A stretch of 64,000 nucleotides of DNA, from NCBI GenBank assembly GCA_963723515.1, contig CAVRQT010000002.1:480001-544000 (forward strand), given 5' to 3'. Of the stretch, positions 32,671 through 43,226 are shown piece by piece (the first letter of the stretch is position 1; each line of letters starts with the position of its first letter). The notes below the pieces were generated by a model. That model had not been told where the DNA came from, made no database searches, and saw nothing but the letters and a program-made list of their open reading frames with translations. The position numbers were made by a program, and so were the translations under genes. The DNA is from Vulcanimicrobiota bacterium. GTDB lineage: Bacteria > Vulcanimicrobiota > Vulcanimicrobiia > Vulcanimicrobiales > Vulcanimicrobiaceae.

Positions 32671-33243
32671 TTACGAAGATACGGCGGGTGCGACCGGCTG
32701 CGCGGCGGCCAGCTTCTCAAGCATCGCACGATTGAACTGCGGAATGTCGTCCGGATTGCGTGAGGACACCCAATTCGCATCGATGACGACGGGTTGGTCG
32801 CGATACAGACCGCCCGCATTACGAATGTCATCGGCGATAGAAGCAAACCCGGTTAGCTGGCGCCCGCGTACGACATTCGCCGAGATCAAGACTTGCGGCC
32901 CGTGGCAAATGACGAACATCGGCTTCTTGACCGCATCGAATTCCCGCACAAACCGCTGGACTTCTTTGTTCGTGCGAATGTGGTCGGGAGACTGACCGCC
33001 CGGAATCAAGAGCGCATCGAAATCTTCTGACGTCACGTCGGCAACGAGCTCTTCAGCCTTGACAGTGATGCCGTCGTCGAGGCCGCGTTTGCCGCGGATG
33101 CGCTGCTTTGCTTTCTCGTCGACGCCGACAACCGTTACGATGCAGCCGGCCTCTTCGAGCGCGCGCCGCGTTTCCGTCAATTCAACTTCTTCGAATCCAT
33201 CGCCGATCAGCGCGGCGATCCGTTTTCCTTCCACTGGTTGCAT
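32671..33243 (-). CDS. PfpI/DJ-1 family deglycase/protease
   Basis: GFEEVE, LIPGG, ICHGP, SRNPDD. Confidence 0.93.
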   Translation of the reverse strand: MQPVEGKRIAALIGDGFEEVELTETRRALEEAGCIVTVVGVDEKAKQRIRGKRGLDDGITVKAEELVADVTSEDFDALLIPGGQSPDHIRTNKEVQRFVREFDAVKKPMFVICHGPQVLISANVVRGRQLTGFASIADDIRNAGGLYRDQPVVIDANWVSSRNPDDIPQFNRAMLEKLAAAQPVAPAVSS

Positions 33244-33266
33244 GGGCCGTCAGGTTCTCTGCCCGC

Positions 33267-33782
33267 TCACAGGGTCCCACCGGTTTGCTCCGACGCGGCG
33301 CGGAGCAAGTATGCAAGTTCGATCTCAAGTTTGCCGGCATCGTCCAACAACGGATCCGCGCCGAGCGCACTCAGCGTCGGATTGCGGCGTGTCATGTCGG
33401 CCTCGGGAACCGGGTGGCGCGGATTGATTTCGCGCATGTAGATGCGGGCATCGTAACGGATCGGACCCTCGGGCAGAAAATAGAGCGGATCGAGCCCGGC
33501 AGCGTACACCTCGAGCGACAGAAAGCCGAGTTGCTGCAAGAATTCAATCGGACGCAGCCGCAGAGCTCGTGCCAAGCGCGCGAGCACGCTGATGGTGAGA
33601 CGGCGGTCGCCGGACAAAATCTCACGCAAGCCGGCGTCATCGAGTTCGGCTGCGCGCGCGAGCGCAGCGTCATCAACGCCTTGCGCTTGCGCGACTCGCC
33701 GCAGCGCCTCGGCGAACCGCGCACCGCCGGCCGTTCCCGATGCCGCATCCCACAGCGGCCTTTCCGCGCGTTGCTCAGCCAT
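33267..33782 (-). CDS. XRE-family HTH protein with an unknown C-terminal domain
   Basis: LARAAEL..GLREILSGDRR..VLARLARAL HTH pattern. Confidence 0.7.
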   Translation of the reverse strand: MAEQRAERPLWDAASGTAGGARFAEALRRVAQAQGVDDAALARAAELDDAGLREILSGDRRLTISVLARLARALRLRPIEFLQQLGFLSLEVYAAGLDPLYFLPEGPIRYDARIYMREINPRHPVPEADMTRRNPTLSALGADPLLDDAGKLEIELAYLLRAASEQTGGTL

Positions 33783-34546
33783 CAGAACAGCGAGCTCCCC
33801 AATCCGCCGTCGACCCCGATCGTTTGTCCCGTGATGTAACTGGCGGGCGCCGAACAGAGGAATGCAATCAACGGCGCATACTCATCAGGCTGGGCAATAT
33901 GTCCGGCGGGAATCTCGCGTTCTGCACGCTGCCACTCTTCTTCGGTTTTGTAAAGTTCACGTAAACGATCCGTTGCGACACGGCCCGTAGCGATGCAGTT
34001 GACCGTGATGCCTTCGGCCGCCACTTCGACCGAGAGCGTCTTCATCGCGGCAACGACCGCAACGCGAAAGGCGCTTGAAAGCGTGAGCGCCGGCGAAGGC
34101 TCTTTGACGGTCGTCGATGTTAAGGCAACGATTCGCCCCCAATGCCGTTCGCGCATCGAGGGCAACGCCTGATCGATCAACAGCAGAAAGCTTTGCAGCG
34201 TCGAGCGGTACGCGACATCCCAGTCGGATGGTTGAAGTTCCAAGTACCGTCCGGGCTTCGGGCCGCCCGAGTTGGCGACGAGAATCTCGAGCTCGCCGCA
34301 CCGTTCGCGAATCGTGTGACCGAGGCGCGCGATCGACTCCGAATCCTCCATGTCGACGGCGAACGCATCGGAAGCAACGGCGCCTCGCGCTTCGGCTTCT
34401 TTAGCGACATCCTGGAGCTCGTTGATCCGCCTGGCCGCAACGACGAGATGAACACCCTCGGCAGCCAGCGCCAGCGCACATGCTCGTCCTATCCCCGAGC
34501 TAGCGCCCGTTACGAGCGCAACCTTATTTCGAATGCCAAAGTCCAT
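33782..34546 (-). CDS. SDR oxidoreductase
   Basis: TGASSGIG, NSGGP, WGRIV, ITVN, YITGQ..VDGG. Confidence 0.93.
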   Translation of the reverse strand: MDFGIRNKVALVTGASSGIGRACALALAAEGVHLVVAARRINELQDVAKEAEARGAVASDAFAVDMEDSESIARLGHTIRERCGELEILVANSGGPKPGRYLELQPSDWDVAYRSTLQSFLLLIDQALPSMRERHWGRIVALTSTTVKEPSPALTLSSAFRVAVVAAMKTLSVEVAAEGITVNCIATGRVATDRLRELYKTEEEWQRAEREIPAGHIAQPDEYAPLIAFLCSAPASYITGQTIGVDGGLGSSLF

Positions 34547-34567
34547 CGTGCAGAGAAGGTCAGCGCC

Positions 34568-35080
34568 ATGAAGATCGTTTCCTTCGTTGCGTTGCTTGCT
34601 TTTTATATGGCTCCCGCGCTCGCTGCCGACACGTCTTCTCCGGCTGAGAAACTCTCGGTGTTCGCGGGTTCGTGGCGTTCGGAAGGCACGGTACAGATCA
34701 ATGGTAAGCCGGTGCCTCTCACCGGAAACATCACCTGCGCATGGTCTTCACCTGCACATGTCTTTCTTGTTTGTGACGGCGTCGCGACGCTCGAAGGCAA
34801 CCCTGCTCCGCAACATCAACTTTCCGTCTACACGTACGACGCCGCTTCAAAGCAATATGGCTTCGCGAACGTAACAACCAACACGCTGACAAGTCCCGAC
34901 CTCGTTCTCAACGGCAACACGTGGACGTATAGCGGCAAGGCTACCAACGCTGGGAAGACGACCTACTTTCGCACGTTCAATACCTTTGAATCCGCCGATC
35001 TCTACCGGTTCCGAGCCGAGTCGAGCACGGATAACGCGACCTGGAGCGTCGTCGTGCAAGGCGTCTCCCGTCGCCTTTGA
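34568..35080 (+). CDS. Secreted beta-rich protein (DUF1579/lipocalin-like)
   Basis: Signal peptide MKIVSFVALLAF..ALA, LSVFAGSW, YTYD, a Cys pair, STDNATW. Confidence 0.7.
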   Translation: MKIVSFVALLAFYMAPALAADTSSPAEKLSVFAGSWRSEGTVQINGKPVPLTGNITCAWSSPAHVFLVCDGVATLEGNPAPQHQLSVYTYDAASKQYGFANVTTNTLTSPDLVLNGNTWTYSGKATNAGKTTYFRTFNTFESADLYRFRAESSTDNATWSVVVQGVSRRL

Positions 35081-35106
35081 CAGCCTTCTTCGCGCTTTGA
35101 TATGAT
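35077..35106 (+). promoter_or_regulatory. Sigma70 promoter of rpsO
   Basis: TTGACA at 35077-35082, 18-nt spacer ending in TGn, TATGAT at 35101-35106. Confidence 0.8.
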
Positions 35107-35112
35107 GCGCCG

Positions 35113-35185
35113 GTCGCCGGGACGGACTCTATAGGCCTGTACCCGTGACGAGGCCATCCTTGAATGAGGAGTTCAACGTTCCAGC
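35113..35185 (+). promoter_or_regulatory. Structured rpsO 5' leader, candidate S15 autoregulatory RNA
   Basis: Hairpin GTCG-CGGG-ACGG / CTGT-CCCG-TGAC, then TTGAA/TTCAA enclosing GAGGAG. Confidence 0.5.
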
Positions 35186-35455
35186 ATGCCGCTAACAAAA
35201 GAACAGAAGGCGGAAATCGCCGCCAAACACGCGCGCAATCCGGGCGACACCGGCTCGGCCGACGTGCAGGTTGCGGTGCTGACCGCATCGATCAACCAGC
35301 TGACCGAACATCTGAAGATTCATAAGAAAGACAACCACAGCCGTCGCGGGCTGCTGTTGCAGGTTGGGCAGCGCCGGCGTTTGCTCAATTATCTTCAGAA
35401 GACCGATCTCGACCGCTATCGCAAGCTGATCGCCGATCTCGGCCTGCGCCGCTAA
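35186..35455 (+). CDS. rpsO: 30S ribosomal protein S15
   Basis: [27 protein letters not shown]. Confidence 0.99.
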   Translation: MPLTKEQKAEIAAKHARNPGDTGSADVQVAVLTASINQLTEHLKIHKKDNHSRRGLLLQVGQRRRLLNYLQKTDLDRYRKLIADLGLRR

Positions 35456-35943
35456 GCCTTAGCGGCCTGAAGTCCGGCGAGCTCACGGCGCATGCCGCGC
35501 TCGCCGTCGCGCATCGTCCAATTGTGATTGGCGGCAAAGAGCGGCCGCATGAACCAACCGAAGCGCCGAATGAACGGTTGGTTCGCGCGTACGCGCCAAT
35601 CGTACCCCACGTTTACGTTTGCGCCGTCTTGGATGATTTGCCAGCGACCTTCGCCGTCGAGATCGCCGCTTGCAATTAAGCGAGACCCATTCGGGTAATG
35701 TACTTCCACGACTTCGTATCGCCAGCGCAACGTATAGGGCAACGGCCCCTTCGTTTCAACATCGACGATCTTGCCGAGTGAATGTTCGCCGCCCTGACGA
35801 ACAATCTGCACGCGGTGGTACACTGAAGGCCACCATTGCGGAATGCGCTCGGTGTCTTCGAGCAGCGCGGAAACTTCTTCGCAGGTTCCTTGGAAGCGCC
35901 AATGCGTCGCGAACCGATAGAAGTTTGGGGCTTCGCGGGGCAC
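35452..35943 (-). CDS. SRPBCC family protein
   Basis: YRFATHW, PQWWP, LPYTL, GDLDGEG, YDWRV, ANHNWTM..GE. Confidence 0.8.
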   Translation of the reverse strand: MPREAPNFYRFATHWRFQGTCEEVSALLEDTERIPQWWPSVYHRVQIVRQGGEHSLGKIVDVETKGPLPYTLRWRYEVVEVHYPNGSRLIASGDLDGEGRWQIIQDGANVNVGYDWRVRANQPFIRRFGWFMRPLFAANHNWTMRDGERGMRRELAGLQAAKA

Positions 35944-35944
35944 C

Positions 35945-37636
35945 CTAGTAGCCCAGTGCGGCGCCGGATGAACGACGGCGGTCCGTGCCGCCGTAAAGCG
36001 TGCCTGTCGTCGGGTCGACCAATATCGCTTGTGCGCTGCCCCAAGGCGCATACTCTTTGAGCCGGTAACCCATCGCTTGCAGCGTGAGACGATCCGCGCT
36101 TTTGATCGCGTTCGGCTCAATTTGAATTTCATCGGGCAGCCATTGGTGGTGAAAACGCGGCGCGTCAACTGCGGCTTGGATGTTCATGCCGTAGTCGATC
36201 ACGTTCTGAAGAATGCCGAGCGTGATCGTAATGATGCGCGCCCCGCCGGGACTTCCCGCGACCATAAACAGCTTTCCGTCTTTCGTTACCATCGTCGGCG
36301 CCATCGAAGAGAGCGGACGTTTTGCGGGCTGCACCTCGTTGCGCTCGCCTTGCACTAAGCCGTAGAGATTCCCGGCACCGGCTTTGACGGTGAAGTCATC
36401 CATCTCGTCGTTGAGTAGGAAGCCGGTGTCCCCGGCAATGAGGTCTGAGCCGAACGTATCGTTGATCGTGTAAGTGAGGGCAACCGCGTTCCCCCAGCGG
36501 TCCACGATCGAATAATGCGTCGTCTGGCGATGCTCTTGCGGCGGCCCGAGTCCGCCAGAGATCTGTGCCGAGGGCGTGGCTCGATCCGGCATAATCTGCG
36601 AACGAAGCTTGGTAGCATATTGCGAGGATAGCAGTTGTCCGATCGGATTTGCGGCGAATGCCGGATCGCCTAAGTAGGTGTTCCGATCCGCGAAGGCGCG
36701 CCGTTCGGCTTCGACCATGTCATGAATGCTGCGCGCAGAGTTCCAACCATAACTCTGCAGCGGAAATGCGCCCACGATATCGAGGATTTCGCACATCGTC
36801 GCGCCGCCGGAGCTCGGCGGCGGCGCCGATGCAATGTCGTAGCCGTGGTAGCGGCAGTGAATCGGTGCCGATTCATCGACGCGGTAATTCGCAAAGTCGC
36901 GCAGAGTGAGCACTCCGCCCTGCGTGCGACTCGCGGCAACGATTTCGCGTGCGACGCGTCCACGATAGAAGGCAGCCGCGCCGTCTCGCGCGATCGCTTT
37001 GAGCGTAAGCGCCAGTTGCGGCTGCCGCAAACGCGCGCCGGCAGCGTAGGATTTCCCCGAACGCGTAAAGACGGCGCGCGCAACGGGTGATGCATCGAGC
37101 TCGTTCAGCGAACTGTTGAAGACGCGCACGTCACCCGTATCTAAGACGTAGCCGTCTCGCGCCAGCGCGATCGCGGGCGCCAGCAATTGCGCTCGCGACA
37201 ACGTGCCGTAGCGCCTGCGCGCATATTCTAGTCCGGCAACCGTCCCCGGAACGCCGACCGACAGAAACGATTTGGTGCTCGCGTTTGGAACGACGTTGCC
37301 GCGCGCATCCAAAAACATCTTCGGCCGTGCGGCAAACGGGGCTTTTTCTCGAAAATCGATGAACGTTTCCTTACCGTTCGAAAAACGAATCAGCATGAAG
37401 CCCCCGCCGCCGATGTTGCCGCAACACGGATCGACGACGGCCAGCGCATAGCCGACCGCGACTGCCGCGTCGACAGCGTTGCCGTCTGAGCGAAGCACAT
37501 CTAGACCGACACGTGATGCATAATGTTGATCGGTGACGACCATCACATGCCGTGCCCCGACCGGCGCCGTCGGCGCCGTTACTCCAAGCAGAAAGAAACA
37601 GAGCGCTGCGGCTGCATCGCGCCCAACGGTATTCAT
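35945..37636 (-). CDS. ggt: Gamma-glutamyltransferase
   Basis: GNAVDAAVA, IGGGGF, DFRE, PPPSSGG, catalytic TTHYS, NDEMDDF, RPLSSM, GSPGG. Confidence 0.96.
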   Translation of the reverse strand: MNTVGRDAAAALCFFLLGVTAPTAPVGARHVMVVTDQHYASRVGLDVLRSDGNAVDAAVAVGYALAVVDPCCGNIGGGGFMLIRFSNGKETFIDFREKAPFAARPKMFLDARGNVVPNASTKSFLSVGVPGTVAGLEYARRRYGTLSRAQLLAPAIALARDGYVLDTGDVRVFNSSLNELDASPVARAVFTRSGKSYAAGARLRQPQLALTLKAIARDGAAAFYRGRVAREIVAASRTQGGVLTLRDFANYRVDESAPIHCRYHGYDIASAPPPSSGGATMCEILDIVGAFPLQSYGWNSARSIHDMVEAERRAFADRNTYLGDPAFAANPIGQLLSSQYATKLRSQIMPDRATPSAQISGGLGPPQEHRQTTHYSIVDRWGNAVALTYTINDTFGSDLIAGDTGFLLNDEMDDFTVKAGAGNLYGLVQGERNEVQPAKRPLSSMAPTMVTKDGKLFMVAGSPGGARIITITLGILQNVIDYGMNIQAAVDAPRFHHQWLPDEIQIEPNAIKSADRLTLQAMGYRLKEYAPWGSAQAILVDPTTGTLYGGTDRRRSSGAALGY

Positions 37637-38178
37637 CTTACTTTGACTTCCTCGTAACGCGGTACGCCCGCCGGGTACGCGCCATTCGGATGTGACTTGA
37701 TCCAGAGCGACGCTTTCACGGCGAGGTATTCGAAATTCTCGAAAAGCGCTCGATTGCCGCCGGCCTCGCGCATTCGCTCGATACATGGCCGAATCGCTTC
37801 ATATAAGGAACTCACCGTGATGCAGCCCACGTCGAGAAACGATGCCTGATCGATAAGCCGGTACTTCATGTACGAGCCGACCTGTTCGTAGTAGTCGCAG
37901 ATGTGAAGCCATGGATGCAACGACCGATCACCCCTCGTCTGCGGAAGATTGCGTAGATACTCGGGATCACGCAATTTATCCGTGAGCCCACCGCCGCGTA
38001 CGAATTGCACCCACGCCTGCATCTCCGGTTTCTGCCAATCTTCCAAGAGCGTGATGAGCGCGCTTAACTGATTGCTCGCGTGCAGATGCCGCAATTGAAT
38101 CGTCGCAGCAACCGCCGTAACCGCAATGACCACAAACGTCGCCGCCGAGAAGATCGTATTCCACACTTCAATCGCCAT
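37633..38178 (-). CDS. Membrane-anchored protein (DUF4760-like)
   Basis: N-terminal TM followed by QLRH, DYYEQVG..KYRLID, FENFEYLA. Confidence 0.65.
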   Translation of the reverse strand: MAIEVWNTIFSAATFVVIAVTAVAATIQLRHLHASNQLSALITLLEDWQKPEMQAWVQFVRGGGLTDKLRDPEYLRNLPQTRGDRSLHPWLHICDYYEQVGSYMKYRLIDQASFLDVGCITVSSLYEAIRPCIERMREAGGNRALFENFEYLAVKASLWIKSHPNGAYPAGVPRYEEVKVR

Positions 38179-38255
38179 GGGCGTTCGCTTTGACGTTTGC
38201 AGCGTGAAAACTGCCCTCTCTTGCGCCTCCGCGGCGTTCGTGCTATAGGTCACCA

Positions 38256-38744
38256 ATGACGACTTCTCAAGAAACGACGGTGGTAGGGAATCCGCCTAAA
38301 GACTCGCCCCGAATTCGCCCGCATCTGATCTACGACGATCCAGGCGCAGCACTCGAGTGGTTAACGCGCGCATTTGGATTTCGCGAGCGCGCGCGGCGCA
38401 TAGCGGATGGAGCTGTGGAGCGCGCACAGATTGAGGTCGTTGACAGTTTGATCACGATCGGGCGTCCGTCGATTCATGGACAGAGCCCAAGAGAGGGCGT
38501 CAGCTCGATGCTCTACATTTATGTAGACGCAGTTGACGAACATTATCGCCGCGCAAAGAACGCTGGCGCAAGGATCGTGCTTGAGCTTGAAGATGCTCCA
38601 TGGGGAGATCGCCGGTATCAAGCGAGTGATCCTGAAGGCCACCAATGGACGTTCGCGCAGCGCATGCGCGACGTGCCGCTCGAGGACTTGCGCAGCGGGC
38701 AAGGGCATTGGCAGACGGCGCCCGAACCTGGCGCGGTTCAATAA
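38256..38744 (+). CDS. VOC/glyoxalase family protein
   Basis: ALEWLTRAFGF, YVDAVDEHY.RA, PWGDR..DPEGHQW. Confidence 0.9.
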   Translation: MTTSQETTVVGNPPKDSPRIRPHLIYDDPGAALEWLTRAFGFRERARRIADGAVERAQIEVVDSLITIGRPSIHGQSPREGVSSMLYIYVDAVDEHYRRAKNAGARIVLELEDAPWGDRRYQASDPEGHQWTFAQRMRDVPLEDLRSGQGHWQTAPEPGAVQ

Positions 38745-38772
38745 AAACCGAGAAAACATAAATTTAGGACCG

Positions 38773-38820
38773 TTCGACCCTTCGGCATCGCTCAGGGCAG
38801 GCTCGCTGCTCAGGGCGACA
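38773..38820 (+). repeat. Nested REP-like element
   Basis: TTCGAC[CCTTCGGCATCGCTCAGGGCAGG]CTCGCTGCTCAGGGCGACA. Confidence 0.75.
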
Positions 38821-38854
38821 CGCACGCTGAGAGGCGAGGTCCAAGGAGATATTT

Positions 38855-41071
38855 GTGCCAGAATCCGTCTCGTTAGAGATGGGCGGGCGCACCCTGGTCA
38901 TTGAGACCGGCGAACTTGCAAAACAAGCCAATGGGTCAGCTCTCGTCCGGTACGGCGATCAAAACGTCGTACTTTGTGCCGCTACCGCGTCCGATCGGCC
39001 ACGTGAAGGCATCGACTTTTTTCCGTTAACCTGTGACTTCGAAGAGAAGATGTATGCGTCGGGTAAAATTCCCGGCGGCTACATCAAGCGCGAAGGCCGG
39101 CCCTCGGAGCATGCGATTCTATCGTCGCGGCAGATCGACCGTCCGATTCGGCCTCTTTTCCCCCAAGGGTTTCGCAACGACATACAAGTCGTTGCCACGG
39201 CGCTCTCAACGGATCCGGAACTCGATCCGGACGTCTTAGGTGTCTGTGCTGCGGGCGCAGCGCTCGCCATCTCCGATATCCCATTTGAGAAAACCGTCGC
39301 TGCCGTTCGCGTCGGACGCAACGAAAACGGCGAATACGTCATTAATCCGCGCATTCCGGAATACGAAACGGGCGGCATGGAGATTGTCGTGGCCGGTACC
39401 GCCGATGCGGTCATGATGGTCGAAGGTAGCGCAAACCGCATCTCCGAGGAAGACTTTCTCGGCGCGATCGCATTCGCGCACGAGAGCATCAAACAGATCG
39501 TCGCGGCGATCGATGAACTTGCGAAGAAAGCAGGCAAACCGAAACGCGAGTTTCCGCTGCTCAAAGCGGACCGCGATCTCGCCGAATGGACCCGCAAGGC
39601 GTTCGCATCGGACGTCGCTGCGGCGATGCGCGTCGTTGAGAAAAGCGCGCGGAACGAAGCATTTGAGCGCATCAATCGCGAGCAGGCGCTTGCGCGCCTC
39701 GGAGAAGGCTCACCTGAATTGCGCGCGCTGCTCGAAGATCCGAAGAGTTCTGATTTTGAGAAGACGATCAAAGCGATGCAAGAGGAAGAGCTGCGCACGA
39801 TGGTCGTCGATGAGAAGCTTCGCCCGGACGGCCGCAAGCCCGATGAAATACGTGAAATTTGGTGCAAGGTCGGTTACGTTCCGCGCGTGCACGGCTCAGC
39901 AGTCTTCACGCGCGGCCAAACGCAAGTCTTTACGGCGGCAACACTCGGTTCGGTTTCGGATGCGCAACGCGTCGATGTCATGCTTGATTCCGGCAACAAG
40001 CGCTACATGCACTACTATAATTTCCCGCCCTATTCGGTCGGTGAGACGCGCCCGATGCGCGGTCCCGGCCGGCGTGAGATCGGACATGGACATCTTGCTG
40101 AACGCGCGCTCTTGCCGGTGCTGCCGAAGGAAGATGAATTTCCGTATACGCTACGCGTCATTAGTGAGATCCTCGAATCGAACGGCTCCTCTTCAATGGC
40201 ATCGGTTTGCGGCAGTACGCTCGCTTTGATGGATGCCGGCGTACCGCTCAAAGACCACGTCGCCGGCGTGGCGATGGGGCTTATTCTCAAAGACGATCGC
40301 TACGCGATTCTCACCGACATTCAGGGGCTTGAAGATGCGCTCGGCGAGATGGACTTCAAAGTCGCCGGAACCAAAGACGGCATCACGGCCGTGCAAATGG
40401 ACATCAAAGTCGCCGGTGTCACGATCGACATCATGCGCGAAGCGATGGCGCAAGCGAAAAAATCGCGACTCTTCATCATCGAGAAGTTGCAAGAGACGAT
40501 CGCCACGCCGCGCTCGGAGCTCTCGAAGTTCGCGCCTCGCATGATGATCGTACAGATCAATCCCGAAAAGATCAAAGACGTTATCGGCCCCGGCGGCAAG
40601 ATCATCAACAAGATCATCGCGGACACGGGCGTCAAGATCGATATCGAGGATGACGGCCGGGTCTTCATCACCTCCACCGACGGTGAAGCCGGCGAGAAGG
40701 CGCGCGAAATCGTCGAATCGCTGACCAAAGACGTCGTCGTCGGCGAAACCTATCTTGGCACCGTCACGCGGCTGATGAATTTCGGCGCATTCGTCGCGAT
40801 CTTGCCGGGCAAAGAGGGGCTCGTGCACATCAGCCAGCTCGCGCCGACGCGCATCGAGCGCGTTGAAGATGCAGTCAAGATCGGCGACGAGATCATGGTC
40901 AAGGTTGTCGAGATCGACGATAAGGGCCGCATCAATCTCTCTCGTAAGGCGGTCTTAGGCGGAGCAAGCGGCAACGGGGAATCCGATTTCGTTTCTCGGC
41001 GGCCGCCGCCACGTGAACGAAGCGGCGAAGGCGGCGTAAGCCGCATGCGCCGGCGCCGCCGCCCGGAGTAA
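38855..41071 (+). CDS. pnp: Polyribonucleotide nucleotidyltransferase
   Basis: DFFPLT, RQIDRPIRPLF, FTRGQTQ, RREIGHG, SNGSSSMAS, MDFKVAG, KH and S1 domains. Confidence 0.99.
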   Translation: MPESVSLEMGGRTLVIETGELAKQANGSALVRYGDQNVVLCAATASDRPREGIDFFPLTCDFEEKMYASGKIPGGYIKREGRPSEHAILSSRQIDRPIRPLFPQGFRNDIQVVATALSTDPELDPDVLGVCAAGAALAISDIPFEKTVAAVRVGRNENGEYVINPRIPEYETGGMEIVVAGTADAVMMVEGSANRISEEDFLGAIAFAHESIKQIVAAIDELAKKAGKPKREFPLLKADRDLAEWTRKAFASDVAAAMRVVEKSARNEAFERINREQALARLGEGSPELRALLEDPKSSDFEKTIKAMQEEELRTMVVDEKLRPDGRKPDEIREIWCKVGYVPRVHGSAVFTRGQTQVFTAATLGSVSDAQRVDVMLDSGNKRYMHYYNFPPYSVGETRPMRGPGRREIGHGHLAERALLPVLPKEDEFPYTLRVISEILESNGSSSMASVCGSTLALMDAGVPLKDHVAGVAMGLILKDDRYAILTDIQGLEDALGEMDFKVAGTKDGITAVQMDIKVAGVTIDIMREAMAQAKKSRLFIIEKLQETIATPRSELSKFAPRMMIVQINPEKIKDVIGPGGKIINKIIADTGVKIDIEDDGRVFITSTDGEAGEKAREIVESLTKDVVVGETYLGTVTRLMNFGAFVAILPGKEGLVHISQLAPTRIERVEDAVKIGDEIMVKVVEIDDKGRINLSRKAVLGGASGNGESDFVSRRPPPRERSGEGGVSRMRRRRRPE

Positions 41072-41072
41072 A

Positions 41073-41667
41073 ATGCTTCAGCGGTTCAATGAAGACGGGT
41101 ACGTCATCGTACCTGGCTTCATTGACGCCGCCATGTTCACGCAATTGAAAACGCGTAACGAGACTTGTAGCGATGGCGCGGCGGACACCGGAATTCATTG
41201 CCGGCGCCAAGGGAACGATCAACCTCGCGAATTTGGACGACGAATTTCCGGACATCGTGCAGATGTTGGCTGATTCGCCTGTCAGCGAATTGCTAGAGGC
41301 GCACATCGGAGCGCGTTACTCACGCCGGCTGTCATACCGCAGCCCGCAACCAGGACATGGCGCGCAAACGCTGCACACGGATTGGACAGGTAACGTTCCA
41401 ATCGGTCAGTGGGTCGTCGCAAACGCCTTTATCGCCCTGTGCGACATCAACGCATCAAACGGCGGAACGCGCCTTGTACCTGGTTCGCATCGCGAGTTCA
41501 GCCGTTTTCGCGCAAAATCACCAGTCGATCGTCATCCGAAGGAAATCGTTCCGCAACTTCACGCGGGCGATGCGCTCGTCTTCAGCGGTCATGTCTTGCA
41601 CTCCGGAACGAAGAACACGTCGGCGCGCGAAAGGCCGCTGCTCATGGCAAACTACCAACGCACCTAG
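41073..41667 (+). CDS. Phytanoyl-CoA dioxygenase (PhyH) family; frameshift near 41160
   Basis: FNEDGYVIVPG, LHTD, NGGTRLVPGSH, AGDALVF..VLH, N...R. Confidence 0.85.
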
Positions 41668-41719
41668 GCCGCTAGCGCGCTGCAGGCCTCCTGATTCGAC
41701 GCGCCCGAAGAGTGGCGCG

Positions 41720-43226
41720 ATGCCCTTCAACTCGCTGCACGATTTCGTCGACCGATTGCAACGCGCGGGCGAGCTGCAGATCGTAGCCGCACAGGTTGAC
41801 CCGCATCTCGAGATCAGCGAGATCAGCAATCGTGCGGTAAAGGCGGGCGGACCGGCACTGCTTTTCCAAAACGTGCGCGGTTCGCGATTCCCGGTGTTGA
41901 CGAACCAGTTCGGCACGCGCCGGCGCATGGCGATGGCATTCGAATCTGCTTCGTTGGACGAAGTCGCGGCGCGCATCCGGCGACTCCTCGATCTGCGCAT
42001 TCCAGCGACCTTGAGCGAACGTTTGCTCAAGCTTGCGTCGCTCGCTCCGCTCAGGAACCTCATTCCACGAACGGTGACGAACGCGCCCTGTCAAGAAGTC
42101 GTTCTCGAATCACCGAATCTGCGGGCGCTTCCGGCATTAACGACGTGGCCTTTGGATGCCGGGCCGTTCATCACGTTGCCGCTCGTCATCACGAAAGATG
42201 CGCGCAGCGGCGGTTACAACGCGGGAATGTACCGGATGCAGATCTTCGATGAGCGCACCGCCGCGATGCATTGGCAACGTCATAAGCAAGGCCGCTCGCA
42301 TGCCGCTGGGTGGGGCGATCGCATTCCGGTTGCGGTTGCAATTGGGACTGAACCGGTTCTGACGTACGCCGCGAGCGCACCGCTTCCGCCGGTCATCGAC
42401 GAATTTGCTTTCGCAGGCTTGCTGCGGCGAAAAGCCGTGCCGCTCGTCGGCATGCAAAACGATCGATCTGAAGGTGCCGGCCGAAGCGGAGTTCGTTCTT
42501 GAAGGGTACGTTGACAATCGCGATTTGCGCACCGAAGGGCCGTTCGGCGATCACACCGGCGTTTACAGTCTTGCCGATCAATATCCGGCGTTTCACGTTC
42601 AGTGCATGACGCATCGCAAGGACGCAATCTATCCGGCAACGGTCGTCGGCAAGCCGCCCATGGAAGACGCCTGGCTTGGAAAGGCGACCGAACGGATATT
42701 CTTGCCGCTGCTGCAGCTTATTCTGCCCGAAATCGTCGACATGAATTTGCCCGTCGAGGGCGGCTTTCATAACCTCGCGATCGTCTCGATCAAGAAAAGC
42801 TATCCCGGTCAAGCGAAAAAGGTCATGAACGCGCTGTGGGGCTTGGGTCATATGATGATGCTGACGCGCGTGCTCGTCATCGTCGATGAAGACGTCGACG
42901 TCCAAGACGTTCGTTACGCCGCGTGGTTCATTCTCAACAACCTCGAACCGCAACACGACGTCGTCATGATGCCCGGACCGGTTGATGATCTCGACCACGC
43001 ATCCTACACGCCGGCGCTCGGAATGAAGATCGGCATTGACGCAACGCGCAAAGGTCCAAGCGAAGGCTACACGCGGCCTTGGCCGCCCGACATGGAGATG
43101 GACGCTGCAACGCGCGAGCTCGTCGATCGGCGCTGGAAGGAGTACGGGCTCGATCGCATGCGCAGCTCGGAAGATGCGTGGTCCGGCCAGGGAGCGGCGG
43201 CGCTTCGCCGTTTGTTGCACAAATGA
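41720..43226 (+). CDS. ubiD: UbiD-family decarboxylase (menaquinone biosynthesis type); frameshift near 42450
   Basis: GPALLF, NQFGT, DAGPFIT, GMYRMQ, EGPFGDHTG.Y, GKPPMED, LDHA, GIDAT. Confidence 0.92.
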
